From positions 30,878,001 through 30,942,000 of the forward strand of contig CM059432.1 in the NCBI GenBank assembly GCA_030390025.1: DNA of 64,000 nt, given 5' to 3'. Both the position numbers and the translations under genes were made by a program. Shown one piece after another: positions 22,521 to 33,587 of the stretch. Position 1 is the first letter of the stretch, and each line of letters opens with the position of its first letter. Below the pieces are notes generated by a model that was given only the letters and a program-made list of their open reading frames with translations, made no database searches and was not told the DNA's origin. This DNA is from Squalus acanthias (taxonomy: Eukaryota).

Positions 22521-22947
22521 ACATAAGTTATTCAATTGAGAAACCAACTAGCAAATGATATTCCAATATCAATGGATGAGACAGCCTTGAGGCTAACTGT
22601 TCAACTGCCACACAGAATGAATTGGACCGAATGTAAATGTTTCTCAATTATAACTGGACTGTTACCCACCATAGACATCATTCCCCACCCCACTGTAGCA
22701 CTACTTTTATCATATCCTGTTGAGTATTTAATTTCTTGGGACTCTTCTCATTGGAGGGAAGACTGAGGGGGGTTATATTTCAGGTATCCAAATTAATAAG
22801 GCTCAGGAATGTAGAAGATCAGTGAGCGATATTTTGATTGTTATGGAAGAACAAAGCAAGGGAACATAAGTTTAAACTGGAAGGATAGATTCAATCGAGA
22901 TATAAGAAAGCATCATTTCACTGAGAAAGCAGTTGGTTTTTGGAATA

Positions 22948-23371
22948 ACTCAGTGATAGCACTCTCACCTTTAAATCAGAAGGTTGTGATGTCAAGCTAT
23001 ACTCTTCAATTTGAGCACATTATCTAGGCTGGCACTTCACTGCACTGATGAGAGAGTGATGCATAGTCAGACATGCTGTCTTTCAGATGAGATATTAAAC
23101 AGAGTCCCTGTTTGCCTGGTCAAGTAAAAGATCCCATGAAGAAGAGTAGGGAGTTCTGCCGGTGTCCTGGGCAACATTTATCCCTGAACCAACAACACTA
23201 AAACAGATTATCTGGTCATTATCTCATTACTATTTGTGGGAACTTGCTGTGCGCAAATTGGCTGCCTTGATTCCTTCATCACAACAGTGCCTGCATTTCA
23301 AAAGTACTTAATTGGCTGGCTATCACTTTGGGTCGCCCTGAGGTCATGAAAGGTGCTGTATAAATGCAGGT
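22948..23371 (+). mobile_element. Deu-domain SINE with its tail split by an RTE insertion
   Basis: tRNA-like head CTCAGTGATAGCACTCTCACC, core GATGAGATATTAAAC..GTAAAAGATCCCATG; tail resumes at 24650. Confidence 0.88.
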
Positions 23372-24649
23372 GAGGGATTATGGAGTGTCCTCCTCAAATT
23401 CGGCTGCCCTCAAAAGTATGTCACCATCCTCCACAACAACATGCAAGCTGTGATCCTGACCAACGGATCCACCACAGACCCAATTCACGTACGGACCGGG
23501 GTCAAGCAAGGCTGTGTCATCGCACCAACGCTCTTCTCGATCTTCCTGGCTGCAATGCTCCATCTCACCCTCAGTAAGCTCCCTGCTGGAGTGGAGCTAA
23601 TCTACAGAACAAACGGGAAACTGTTCAACCTCCATCGCCTCCAGTCCAGATCCAAGGTAATCTCATCCTCTGTTATCAAATTACTGCGCACACTCTGAGG
23701 TCGAACTTCTAACAATCATCAACACCTTCACTGAAGCATATGAGAGCATGGGCCTTACACTAAACATCCGTAAGACAAAGGTCCTCTACCAACCTGCCCC
23801 CGCCACACAGTACTGTTCCCCGATTATCAAAATCCATGACGAGGCCTTGGACAACGGGGACCACTTTCCATACCTCGGGAGCCTACTGTCAACAAGGGCA
23901 GATGTCGACAACGAAGTCCAACACCGCCTTCAGTGTGCCAGTGCAGCCTTCGGTCGCCTGAAGAAGAGTGTTTGAAGACCAGGACGTCAAACCCAGCACC
24001 AAGCTCATGGTCTACAGAGCAGTAGTGATACCCGCCCTCCTGTATGCTTCAGAGACATGGACCATGTACAGCAGGCACCTCAAAGCATTGAAGATGTACC
24101 ACCAACGCTGCCTCCACAAGATTCTGCAAATCCATTGGCAGGATAGGTGTACCAACATCAGTGTTCTCGCTCAGGCCAACATCCCCAGCATCGAAGCTTT
24201 GACCACGCTCGATCAGCTCCGATGGACGGGTCACATTGTCCGCATGCCCGATGCGAGACTCCCAAAACAAGCGCGTTACCCGGAGCTCTGGCACGGCAAG
24301 AGAGCCCCAGGTGGGCAGAGGAAATGCTTCAAGGACACCCTCAAAGCCTCCTTGAAAAAGTGCAACATCCCCACCGACACATGGGAATCCCTGGCCCAAG
24401 ACCGCACAAAGTGGAGGAGAAGCATCCGGGAAGGCGCCGAACACCTCGAGTCTCTTCACCGGGAGCAAGTGGAAGCCAAGCGCAAGGAGCGCACGTCAAC
24501 CCAAGCACCCCACCCACCCGCCCCTTCAACCACCGTCTGCTCCACCTGTGACAGAGACTGTAGATCCCGCATTGCACTCATCAGTCACCTGAGAACTCAT
24601 TTTTAGTGTGGAAGCAAGTCATCCTCCGTTCCGAGGGACTGCCTAAGAG
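23372..24649 (+). mobile_element. 5'-truncated RTE-clade (BovB-like) LINE
   Basis: TGVKQGCVIAPTLFSIF, FPYLGS, QLRWTGHIVRM, terminal CSTCDRDC..SH zinc finger; 12-bp TSD ATAAATGCAGGT / ATAAATGCAAGT. Confidence 0.93.
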
Positions 24650-25569
24650 ATAAATGCAAGTTCTTTCTTTCTGTATATGCTTTCACCAGTATTGAAAATT
24701 CTGCTGTGGTCCTGCTCTGCCGTATAAACAGGGTGAAGGCAGAGCAAAAATATTGCAGGATCACTTCATCAAAATCTGTATGTGTAGTTGTGCTCAAAGC
24801 TACGGTATTATTCAACTTTGCAAAGCACTGAGTCAGGAGACCTTGAAATTTGAATAAACCATTTACAAAATCCATCCCACTGCAACAACGAATGTATTGA
24901 CCTCAGAACCTTTCTTTTAACATGACAAACAGTCAGAATGATAAACTCTTTCAATATCCCAATAGGGGTATTTAATCAATGCCTGTCCCTATTGTTCACT
25001 GCAGATTCACTCAGGGCTACAGAACTAAGAGATGTTGACAACGTATGACAATGTTTTCAGTAGGTCCTGTTTAACAAAAAGAGGGGGAGGAGAAGTCCAA
25101 AGGTTTAGCTCAGAGAAATGTATATTTGTAATTTTTATTTGAATCTCTATTTTTCTTCTCTTTTTTCCTGTCTCTCTGGCTTTGTGTGTCTCTCATTTAC
25201 AAATTCATCTTTTCCAAGCCCTCTGTCTTTCAGATGAGACCTTAAATTGAGACTCTGGCTGCCTTAATAATTATAAAACCTTTGATAGCTTTAATAATTG
25301 TACAACCTTTGTATAGCCTTTAATACCATTATGCCTGATACATGACAGGGTATGTGTTCAGGTAGAACAGCAATGGATAGCAATGTGGATTCGGTAGTAC
25401 TATATAATGGTTATAGTAATACACTAGCAACCTAGATGTCATGAATTCAAAATGTATCCTGGTAAATTGTAAAACTGACTTCAATAAATCTTCTAATTTA
25501 TGGGTATCACCAGGAAAATAATGACCATGACCAGTTATGCAAACACCTCCGCTATCTTCTCAAAAAAAG

Positions 25570-25712
25570 CTTTTTGTTAAACAAGGTATTAAGGGATATG
25601 GGCCAAAGGTGGGTATATGGAGTTAGGTCACAGATCAACCATGGTTTCATTGAATGATGGAACAAGCTCAAGGGGCTGAATGGTCTTCTCCTGTTCCTAT
25701 GTTCCTATGTTC
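25570..25712 (+). mobile_element. CR1 3' tail
   Basis: GGTATTAAGGGATATGGG..TTGAATGATGGAACAAGCTC..TTCCTATG tandem tail. Confidence 0.8.
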
Positions 25713-25781
25713 AAAATAAGAAGGATGGGTATTAAGTGCAAATGTCATTCACATGCTGAGAGTTTAAGACAAAAACACTAT

Positions 25782-26397
25782 GGCCGGAATTTTATGCTGG
25801 CTGACTGTCAGGCGGGTAGACCTGGGGAGCAGAGAAGATGAAGGCCAGAATCGTCGGAGGGGGTCGGGGCCAGGATCATCCGAGGGGGTCGGGGCCAGGG
25901 ATCATTGGAGGGGAGGGGAGGAAGGCCGGATGTTAGGTCAGAGATCGGGGGAGTTGGAGATCGGTCCGAGGGCGGGGGGGGGGGGATCGGAGGCCGAGGG
26001 GGGGATCAGAGGCCAAGGGGAAGAGATCGGGGTGAGGTCAGAAGAGTTGTGGGGGGGAGGGGGTTCGATCACGGGGGGTTGGCGAGGCAGGAACGCTGCA
26101 AAGCCACTTACCAGCTGGATCCAGCAGTCCTCGCCTTCCTTTAGCTGCCATGGCCTGGGAAACCTGGCCACCGACAGTTAATTTTAAAATAGAGCTTCAA
26201 AATGAGGCATGCAGCCTCACTATAATATTTAAAGTGCCAACCATCCTCCTATGACCGGGTTGGCCGCCCGCCCGCCCCCCACCCCATCCCGCCTCCGTTA
26301 AAACTGGAAGTGGGTGGGTTGGAGGCGGGTTGGGGACGGGATTCCGATTTTTAACACTTTAACCTCCCACCCGACCACAACCTACCCATTTTTTGGG
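25782..26397 (-). mobile_element. Harbinger-type MITE, truncated, G-rich interior; same family as 48716-49316 in opposite orientation
   Basis: End GGCCGGAATTTT; CCTCCGTTAAA and ATAATATTTAAAGT are reverse complements of motifs in 48716-49316. Confidence 0.7.
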
Positions 26398-26417
26398 AAC
26401 AGTAGGTTGAAGTAGGG

Positions 26418-27684
26418 CAGTGGTTCTCAAACTTTTTTGGTTGAAGGACCCCTTCTCAAATGGATTAGTAATCACGAACCCCCCATCTAAATTATAATAC
26501 TATATAATACTCATAATATGAAAGTGCTGCCTGTAAAGAGTGTTTTAATAATGCTTTTAAGAAAACGGGTATTTACTTACAGATATGAGTGAGATGGGTA
26601 TGCCTACTTCCCAGTGCAGAGTCTGTCTATCCTTGGTGTGATGTTTGACAATGGCAATTTTGAAAACCTCTGTTAGATTCCCCACACTTAATCTTCTCAG
26701 TTCCAGTAAAAATATCCTAATATTTTACGCCTTTCTTCATAACTAGAATCATGCGAGTTAATCTTAGCTACAGCATTCCTATAGCTCTAATATATTTCTT
26801 ATAATGGGGCGCCCAGAACTGCACGCAATCCTCAACTCAGATTGGGTTGTGTACAGGGTGGCACTGGGATAAGAAAGGAGAAAATGAGAGCTGCAAATAA
26901 GGATAACCAAGCAGCAAAATACAGAAACAGCAGAGAAAAACGAGAAACACAGAAACAAGAGAGATTTAAAAAGCACAAACTCTGCGAGGACACCTATTTT
27001 ACAAGTGACATTTAGTAAAATTAATAAACCTCCAAAACTGTATTTTTTTTCAAAACGGTACTGGCTTCACAAATTCTGGAGTGTGCTTATTCGCTTTGAT
27101 TTCACAATAAATGTTTGCATCACTGCTGAAAGGAGATGGTGACTAACAGGTGCCTTTGGAAGTGATGTGTGATCATTGTTATATTGCACCTTTCAATGAA
27201 CTTGTGAGGTTTCAGAGATCGTTATTTCTCACCTTTCCCTTCACAGGAGTCAGGGATTTTCATACTGAGTGTTCAGATCAGATTACCAATGACATGAGGT
27301 AGTTTGACATGACACATCTGAAGCAACCTGAGCACGTAGTTTGCTCTTGTCCAGTATCTGCTATCAGCAAACCATTCCCAAGTGCCTAATATACATTTGC
27401 GCAGACCCACCTTGTTTAAAGTGCAGGTCAGGACTTTTAAGTACTTAGATCCTCGGGATTAGTGCATGACCGGGAATGGGAGAAACCTTTGGTTAACATT
27501 GGTTGCAGGAGTCTGTGACCTGCCACAGGAGATCCAAGATGCCAATCCTCCAGATCAGCCCTATTAAAAATTGCCGTTTGGATAAATCCCCTGCTTGGTA
27601 AGCACTTTCACATTATTTCGAGGACCCCCTGGAAAGGCTCTACGGACACCCAGAGGTCCACCGACCCCAGTTTGAGAACCACTG
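26418..27684 (-). mobile_element. Non-autonomous hAT (Charlie-like) transposon
   Basis: 15-bp TIR CAGTGGTTCTCAAAC / GTTTGAGAACCACTG; 8-bp TSD AAGTAGGG / AAGTGGGG; minus-strand remnant LSNITPRIDRLCTGK*AYPSH at ~26590-26655 resembles a Charlie transposase C-terminus. Confidence 0.9.
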
Positions 27685-27887
27685 AAGTGGGGAACAAAGG
27701 GAACCTTCACAGACACATTTTGACTATGGATTTTGAGGTTGAAAACATGCTGTGCGATGCTAGCAACTAATGTGTTTTTACAAAATTCCTCCGACTGCAA
27801 TTTTAACTGAGGTGTCTAATCCCAGTTAAAACAAATAGCTTGACGCCTTTAATAAAATAGCAGACCGTAATATCAACCCATGTGCCA

Positions 27888-28470
27888 ACAACAACAACTT
27901 GTATTTATATAGCGCCTTTAACGTAGTAAAACATCCAAAGGCGCTTCACAGGAGTATTATCAGACAAAACTTGACACCGAGCCAAATAAGGAGATATTAG
28001 GGCAGAAGCTTGGTCAAAGAGGTAGGTTTTAAACAGCGTCATAAAGGAGGAAAGAGAGGTAGCGAGGCGGAGATGCTTAGGGAGGGAATTCCAGAGCTTA
28101 GGGCCATGGCAGCTGAAGGGACGGCCGCCAATAGTGAAGCGATTAAAATCGGGAAGGCTGAAGGGGCAAGAATTGGAGGAGCGCAGATATCTCAGAGGGT
28201 TATAGGGCTGGAGGAGATTACAGAGTTAGGGAAGGGTGTGGCCATGGAGAGATTTGAAAACAAGGATGAGAATTTTAAAATCGATGCGTTGCTTAACCAG
28301 GAACCAATGTAGGTCAGCAACCACAGGGGTGATGGGTGAATGGGACTTGGAGCATGCTAGGACATGGGCAGCAGAGTTATGGATGACCAATAGTTTATGG
28401 AGGGTAGAAAATGGGAGGCCGGCCAGGAGTTGTTGGAATAGTCAAGTCTAGAGGCAACGAAGGCATGGAT
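27888..28470 (-). mobile_element. L2-type LINE 3' end
   Basis: (AAC)n tail, TTGTATTTATATAGCGCCTTTA, AAGCTTGGTCAAAGAGGTAGGTTTT; second copy at 44450-44630 (+). Confidence 0.8.
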
Positions 28471-28639
28471 GACGGTCAACACATTGTTACTGATATTGCA
28501 CAGTGCACTTTCAGTGGACTCGACTCCTATGTACTAATTATCTTACCCTGTACAGCAATCAGTATTGGAATGATGAGGGAGTGGATTTCCTGAGTGTGCC
28601 TACTGTTGTAATTGGAGGATATATAATGGCCCATACTGA

Positions 28640-29091
28640 AGAAAGAACTTGAATTTAAATAGTGCTTTTCACAACCTCAGGACATCCCAAAGTGTTCCAC
28701 AGTACTTTTGAAGTGTAGTCACTGTTGCAATGTAGGAATCGCTGCAGCCAATTTGCGCACAGCAAGGTCCCAAAAATAACAATGAGATAATGACCAGATA
28801 ATCTGTTTTAGTGATGCAAGTTGAGGGATAAATGTTGGCCAGGACACCAGAGAGAACTCCCCTCCTCTTCTTCAAAATAGTTCCAATAGTGCTTTTACAT
28901 CCACCTGAGAGAGCAGACGAGGCCTCGGTTTAACATCTCATCCAAAAGATGGCACCTTTGAGTGTAGCACTCCCTTAGCACTGCACTGGAATGTCAGCCT
29001 AGATTGTGCGTTCAAATCTCTGGACTGGGACTTGAACCCATAACCTTCTGACTCAGCAACGAGAGTGCTACCACTAAGCCAAGGCTGACAC
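28640..29091 (-). mobile_element. Near-full-length Deu-domain (SacSINE1-like) SINE
   Basis: Reverse complement of 42686-43148, including the tRNA head with A and B boxes. Confidence 0.9.
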
Positions 29092-30414
29092 ATACTAGTT
29101 CAGTTCATGGCCCAATGTGCATTTTCATTGGCTAAAAACAAACATGTATTAAATCACATGCTAAGGACGACCTTAACAAAAATGCACATTAAATTTTATC
29201 TTGAAGCCACTCAATTGCACCGGACTGAAAGAATTACAATAGAGGAAATTGTGTTACTAGTACAACATACATCCACACATTTCCCCTACCAGGATCAGAT
29301 CAGCAAGAGGTTGGCCAGAAGTGACTGGAATATTGACAGATGTGATCCATCAATTGATTAATCCCAGTTGTTAGAATGAGCTCACTGTGTAAAACCCCAT
29401 GCACCATCGTTAAAGCAATGAAAACAACAGCAAGGGCTCTGGAAAGACTTATGCCCTTTGTACAGGAGCTGAATTTCAATAGAGTTGTGCAAGGACCAGC
29501 AGGATGGAGCAGCTGGTTCGTGCTCCAGTCTGGTGTACCATGGAGCACTGCGACCCGTAACCCCAGATTTCAATACTGCAAATATCAATGCTCCCATTTA
29601 TGTAGCTCTTTATCACACTCACACAGCTTCATACAATTAAATGTCTTTTAAACGCACTTATTGTTGCTACCTAGGCAAATGTGACAGTTATTCTGCAGCA
29701 GCAAACAGCAATGAGATGAATGACCAGTATGTTGGCCAGGACACTAGGAGATCTTCATGCTTTTCCTTCAATAGTATCTACCCTGTGCAGACAAATCTGT
29801 CCACAATAGTAGGTGGAACTTTCAACGTAGACAGGAGTGTAAAACAAGCGAGATCGGATTGGCTGCCCCGTTATACAACCCACGCGATTTTCCTTTCCAT
29901 TGATTTCAGTCGGGCAGAGTGTATAACAGGTGGCCATTCTAATATCGCTTGTTTTGAGGGGTATTGATTTTTTGGAATTGGCCATATGGACTGCAATTTC
30001 TTTTCCAGTCTATACTTTTCAAAGTTCCTGTAGGCACCTGGAATATGGGAAATGCTCCCTAATGCTGTTGTTGCACTCCAGAATCACAAGATCGTCAGAT
30101 AGTCATAGATCAGGAAAACCATTTGTTGCATCCTGGCGCATTCATCCAGAAGAAACGTTTGGTCCCTCCCATCATTGAATCCAACTGCTCCTTAAATGAT
30201 TCCAGGGTTTTTATCTCTATTAGCATTTCTGGTCCTCCATTCCAATAATACAAACAAAATCTGCTGCGCACATGTTTTGGCTTCCTGTGTCCATAGAATG
30301 CTTAGTGGTAAATGCACTGCCAATTGAAGTCAATGGAAAGGAAAATTGGGTGGGATGTATAGCAGGGTGCCTGATCTAATATTGGCCATTTAATGCCCCC
30401 ACCTAAGTTGATAA

Positions 30415-30848
30415 ATCAGCCAGAAATGATTTAAAGCTTTTTTTAAATCTCCAACAATAAATAAAATCTGAAGGATTGAGACTCCACACTTGTTAAAGAT
30501 AATTTTCAGTGCCATAGAGATTGTTTGGCAGTAATTAAGACTTAACACGCTGTTAAAAATTTATGTTAACTGGAATGGACAAGCCCTAATTTTTTCTGGT
30601 GGGTTTAGTGTATATATATCACGTAAGTACAGCAACTTCACACCGTTCCATGTATTTCAATGGTGAGTCTCTCAGTGAGATATCGTTATTCCACAGCTTT
30701 TGGAGGAGCAGGGCATCTCGGGCAGCATCTTCCTGATTTACACACTTACCTACACATGTGCAGTCGCTGGAAGCTGCTGTTCGATTTATACGTTAATAAT
30801 GGTGAGCACTGTTAGCCTCAACATTATTTCTACTGCAAAATCGGGCCC
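30415..30848. mobile_element. Decayed non-autonomous DNA element with a Harbinger-type right end
   Basis: Ends GCAAAATCGGGCCC, similar to the GCAAAATCGAGCCC end of element D; left end unclear. Confidence 0.4.
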
Positions 30849-31502
30849 ATTAGTGTAGGCTTAACTCAGTTGGAAGCACTTCTGCCTTTGGGCTAGAAGG
30901 TCGACTCATGCTCCAGGGCCTTCGCCCATAATCTAGACTGAGACTCCAGTTCAATACTGATAAAATGTCTCATCATCAAAGATGTCATTCTTTGGAGGAG
31001 ACGATAAACCAAGATCCTGTTTTTAGAATCATAGAATCATAGAATGGTTACAGCACACAAGATGGTCAATTGGCCCGTCGAGCTCGTGCCAGCTCTCTGC
31101 AAGAGCACTTCAGCTAGTCCCACTCCTCGCCCTTTCCCCATAGCCCTGCAATTTTTTTTCCTTCAGGTTCTTATCCATTTTGAAAGCCATGATTGAATCT
31201 GCCTCCACCACCCTTTCAGGCAGTGCATTCCAGATCCTAACCATTCGCTGCGTAAAAATGTTTTTCCTCATGTCGTCTTTGGTTCTTCTGCCAATCACCT
31301 TAAATCTGTCCTCTGGTTCTCGACCCTTCTGCCAATTGGGAACAGTTTCTCTCTATCTACTCTGTCTAGACACCTCATGATTTTGAACACCTCTATCAAA
31401 ACTCCTCTCAACCTTCTCTGCTCTAAGGAGAACAACCCCAGCTTCTCCAGTTTATCCACGTAACTGAAGTCCCTCAACCCTGGAATCATTCTTGTAAATT
31501 CT

Positions 31503-32241
31503 CCAACAAGCGAGCATCTAACCACCGCCCCTTGACATTCAACAGCATTACCATTGTTGAATCCCCCACCATCAATATCCTGGGGGTCACCATTGACCAG
31601 AAACTTAGCTGGACCAGCCACATAGATACTGTGGCAACAAGAGCAGGTCAGAGGCTGGGTATTCTGCGGCGAGTTTCTCACCTCCTGACTCCCCAAAGCC
31701 TTTCCACCAAGGCACAAGTCAGGAGTGCGATGGAATACTCTCCACTTTCCTGGATGAGTGCAGCTCCAACAACACTCAAAAAGCTTGACACCATCCAAGA
31801 CAAAGCAGCCCGCTTGATTGGCACCCCATCCACCACCTTAAACATTCACTCCCTCCACCACCGGCGTACCGTGGCTGCAGTATGTACCATCTACAAGATG
31901 CACTGCAGCAACTTGCCAAGGCTTCTTCGACAGCACCTCCCAAACCTGCGACCTCTTCCACCTAGAATGACAAGGGCAGCAGGCGCAAGTGGGAACACCA
32001 CCACCTCCAAGTTCTCCTCCAAGTCACACATCATCCTGACTTGGAAGTATATCGCCATTCATTCATCGTCACTAGATCAAAATCCTGGTATTTCCTTCGT
32101 AACAGCACTCTGTGAACACCACACAGACTGCAGCGGTTCAAGAAGGCAGCTCACCACCACCTTCTCAAGGGCAACTAGGGATGGGCAATAAATGCTGGCC
32201 TTGCCATCAACGCCCACATCCCATGAACGAATAAAAAAAAA
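31503..32241 (+). mobile_element. Second non-LTR retrotransposon family (poly(A)-tailed, CR1/L2 group), 3' piece
   Basis: NILGVTIDQKLSWTSHI, SAAPTTLKKLDTIQDKAARLIG; AATAAA and poly(A); flanked by ATTCTTGTAA duplication. Confidence 0.9.
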
Positions 32242-32401
32242 TTCTTGTAATTCTTCTCTGCACCCTCTCTAAAGCCTTCACATCCTTTCTAAAGTACAGT
32301 GCCCAAAATTGGACACAATACTCCAGCTGAAGTCGGACCAGTGTTTTATAAAGGCTCATCATAACTTCCTTGCTTTTGTACTCTATGCCTCTACTTATAA
32401 A

Positions 32402-33587
32402 TGTGAGAAGTCGCACAACATCAGGTTATAGTCCAACAGCTTTATTTGAAATCACAAGCTTTCGGAGCGCTGCTCCTTCGTCAGGTGAAGTGAAGAGATG
32501 CATTTCGGCACAGCATATATAGTCAGAGAACACTGCCAAATGATTACAGTTAATCTTTCTAACTGCCCTTTATCTCGGCAGAGAGATAATCACGGCAATC
32601 AAAGGTGTGGATGGTGTCCAAACAGGTCAGTCAGGAAACCATTACATCAAAGACAATGAGGTGGGGTCACAAGGGATCAAATGTGACAGATGCTGGGGTC
32701 TGTCGGGAAAACAAAAAACTTTTTTTGCTGGAAATCACAGCAGGTCCGGCCACATCTGTGTAGAGAGAACAAGCCAATGACGACTCGAGTCTGGATGACT
32801 CTACGTCAGGTGGGGTTACATGTAGCGTGACATGAACCCAAGATCCCGGTTGAGGCCATCCTCATGGGTGCGGAACTTGGCTATCAGTTTCTGCTCGCCG
32901 ATTTTGCGTTGTGTGTCTCGAAGGCCGCCTTGGAGAACGCTTACCTGAAGATCGGAGGCTGAATGTCCTTGACTGCTGAAGTGTTCCCCGACTGGGAGGG
33001 AACACTCCTGCCTGGCGATTGTTGTGCGGTGTCCGTTCATACGTTGTCGCAGTGTCTGCATGGTCTCGCCGATGTACCATGCTCCGGGGCATCCTTTCCT
33101 GCAACATATGAGGTAGACAATGTTGGCCGAGTCACATGAGTATGTACCATGTACCTGGTGGGTGGTGTCCTCACGTGGGATGATGGTATCTGTGTTGATG
33201 ATCTGGCATGTCTTGCAGAGGTTGCCGTGGCAGGGTTGTGTGGTGTCGTGGTCGCTGTTCTCCTGAAAGCTGGGTAATTTGCTGCGAACGATGGTCTGTT
33301 TGAGGTTAGGCGGCTGTTTGAAGGTGAGTAGTTGGGGCGTGGGGATGGCCTTAGTGAGGTGTTCGTCGTCATCGATGACATGTTGAAGGCTGCGAAGAAC
33401 ATGGCGTAGTTTCTCCGCTCCGGGGAAGTACAGGGTACTCTGTTGGTTGTGTCCCGTGTTTGTCTTCTGAGGAGGTCTATGCGATTTTTCGCTGTGGCCC
33501 GTCGGAACTGTCGATCGACGAGTCGAGCGTCATATCCCGTTCTTACGAGGATTCTTAAATTTGTCCACCCGAGTCCAACACTGGCAT
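32402..33587 (-). mobile_element. Penelope-like element, 3' part (GIY-YIG endonuclease and pLTR)
   Basis: YIGETMQTLRQRMNGHR..PVGEHF..EQKLIAKFRTHEDGLN; flanked by CTCTACTTATAAA / CTCTACTGATAAA. Confidence 0.92.
32452..32492 (-). ncRNA. Minimal hammerhead ribozyme motif in the Penelope pLTR
   Basis: Minus strand UCAC-CUGACGA-A-GGAGC agc GCUCC-GAAA-GCUU-GUGA: core boxes, stem II, palindromic AAGCUU stem III, stem I UCAC/GUGA. Confidence 0.75.

Noticed and set aside
24680..24880. Possible minus-strand host exon (TTGCAG acceptor, open frame)
   Set aside because: No recognisable protein, weak donor and no partner exons.
25855..26085. G-rich ORFs and possible G-quadruplex
   Set aside because: Low-complexity interior of a MITE; nothing in the sequence indicates function.
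29300..29650. Overlapping short ORFs in apparently unique sequence
   Set aside because: No recognisable motif or convincing splice sites; cannot be classified without a search.
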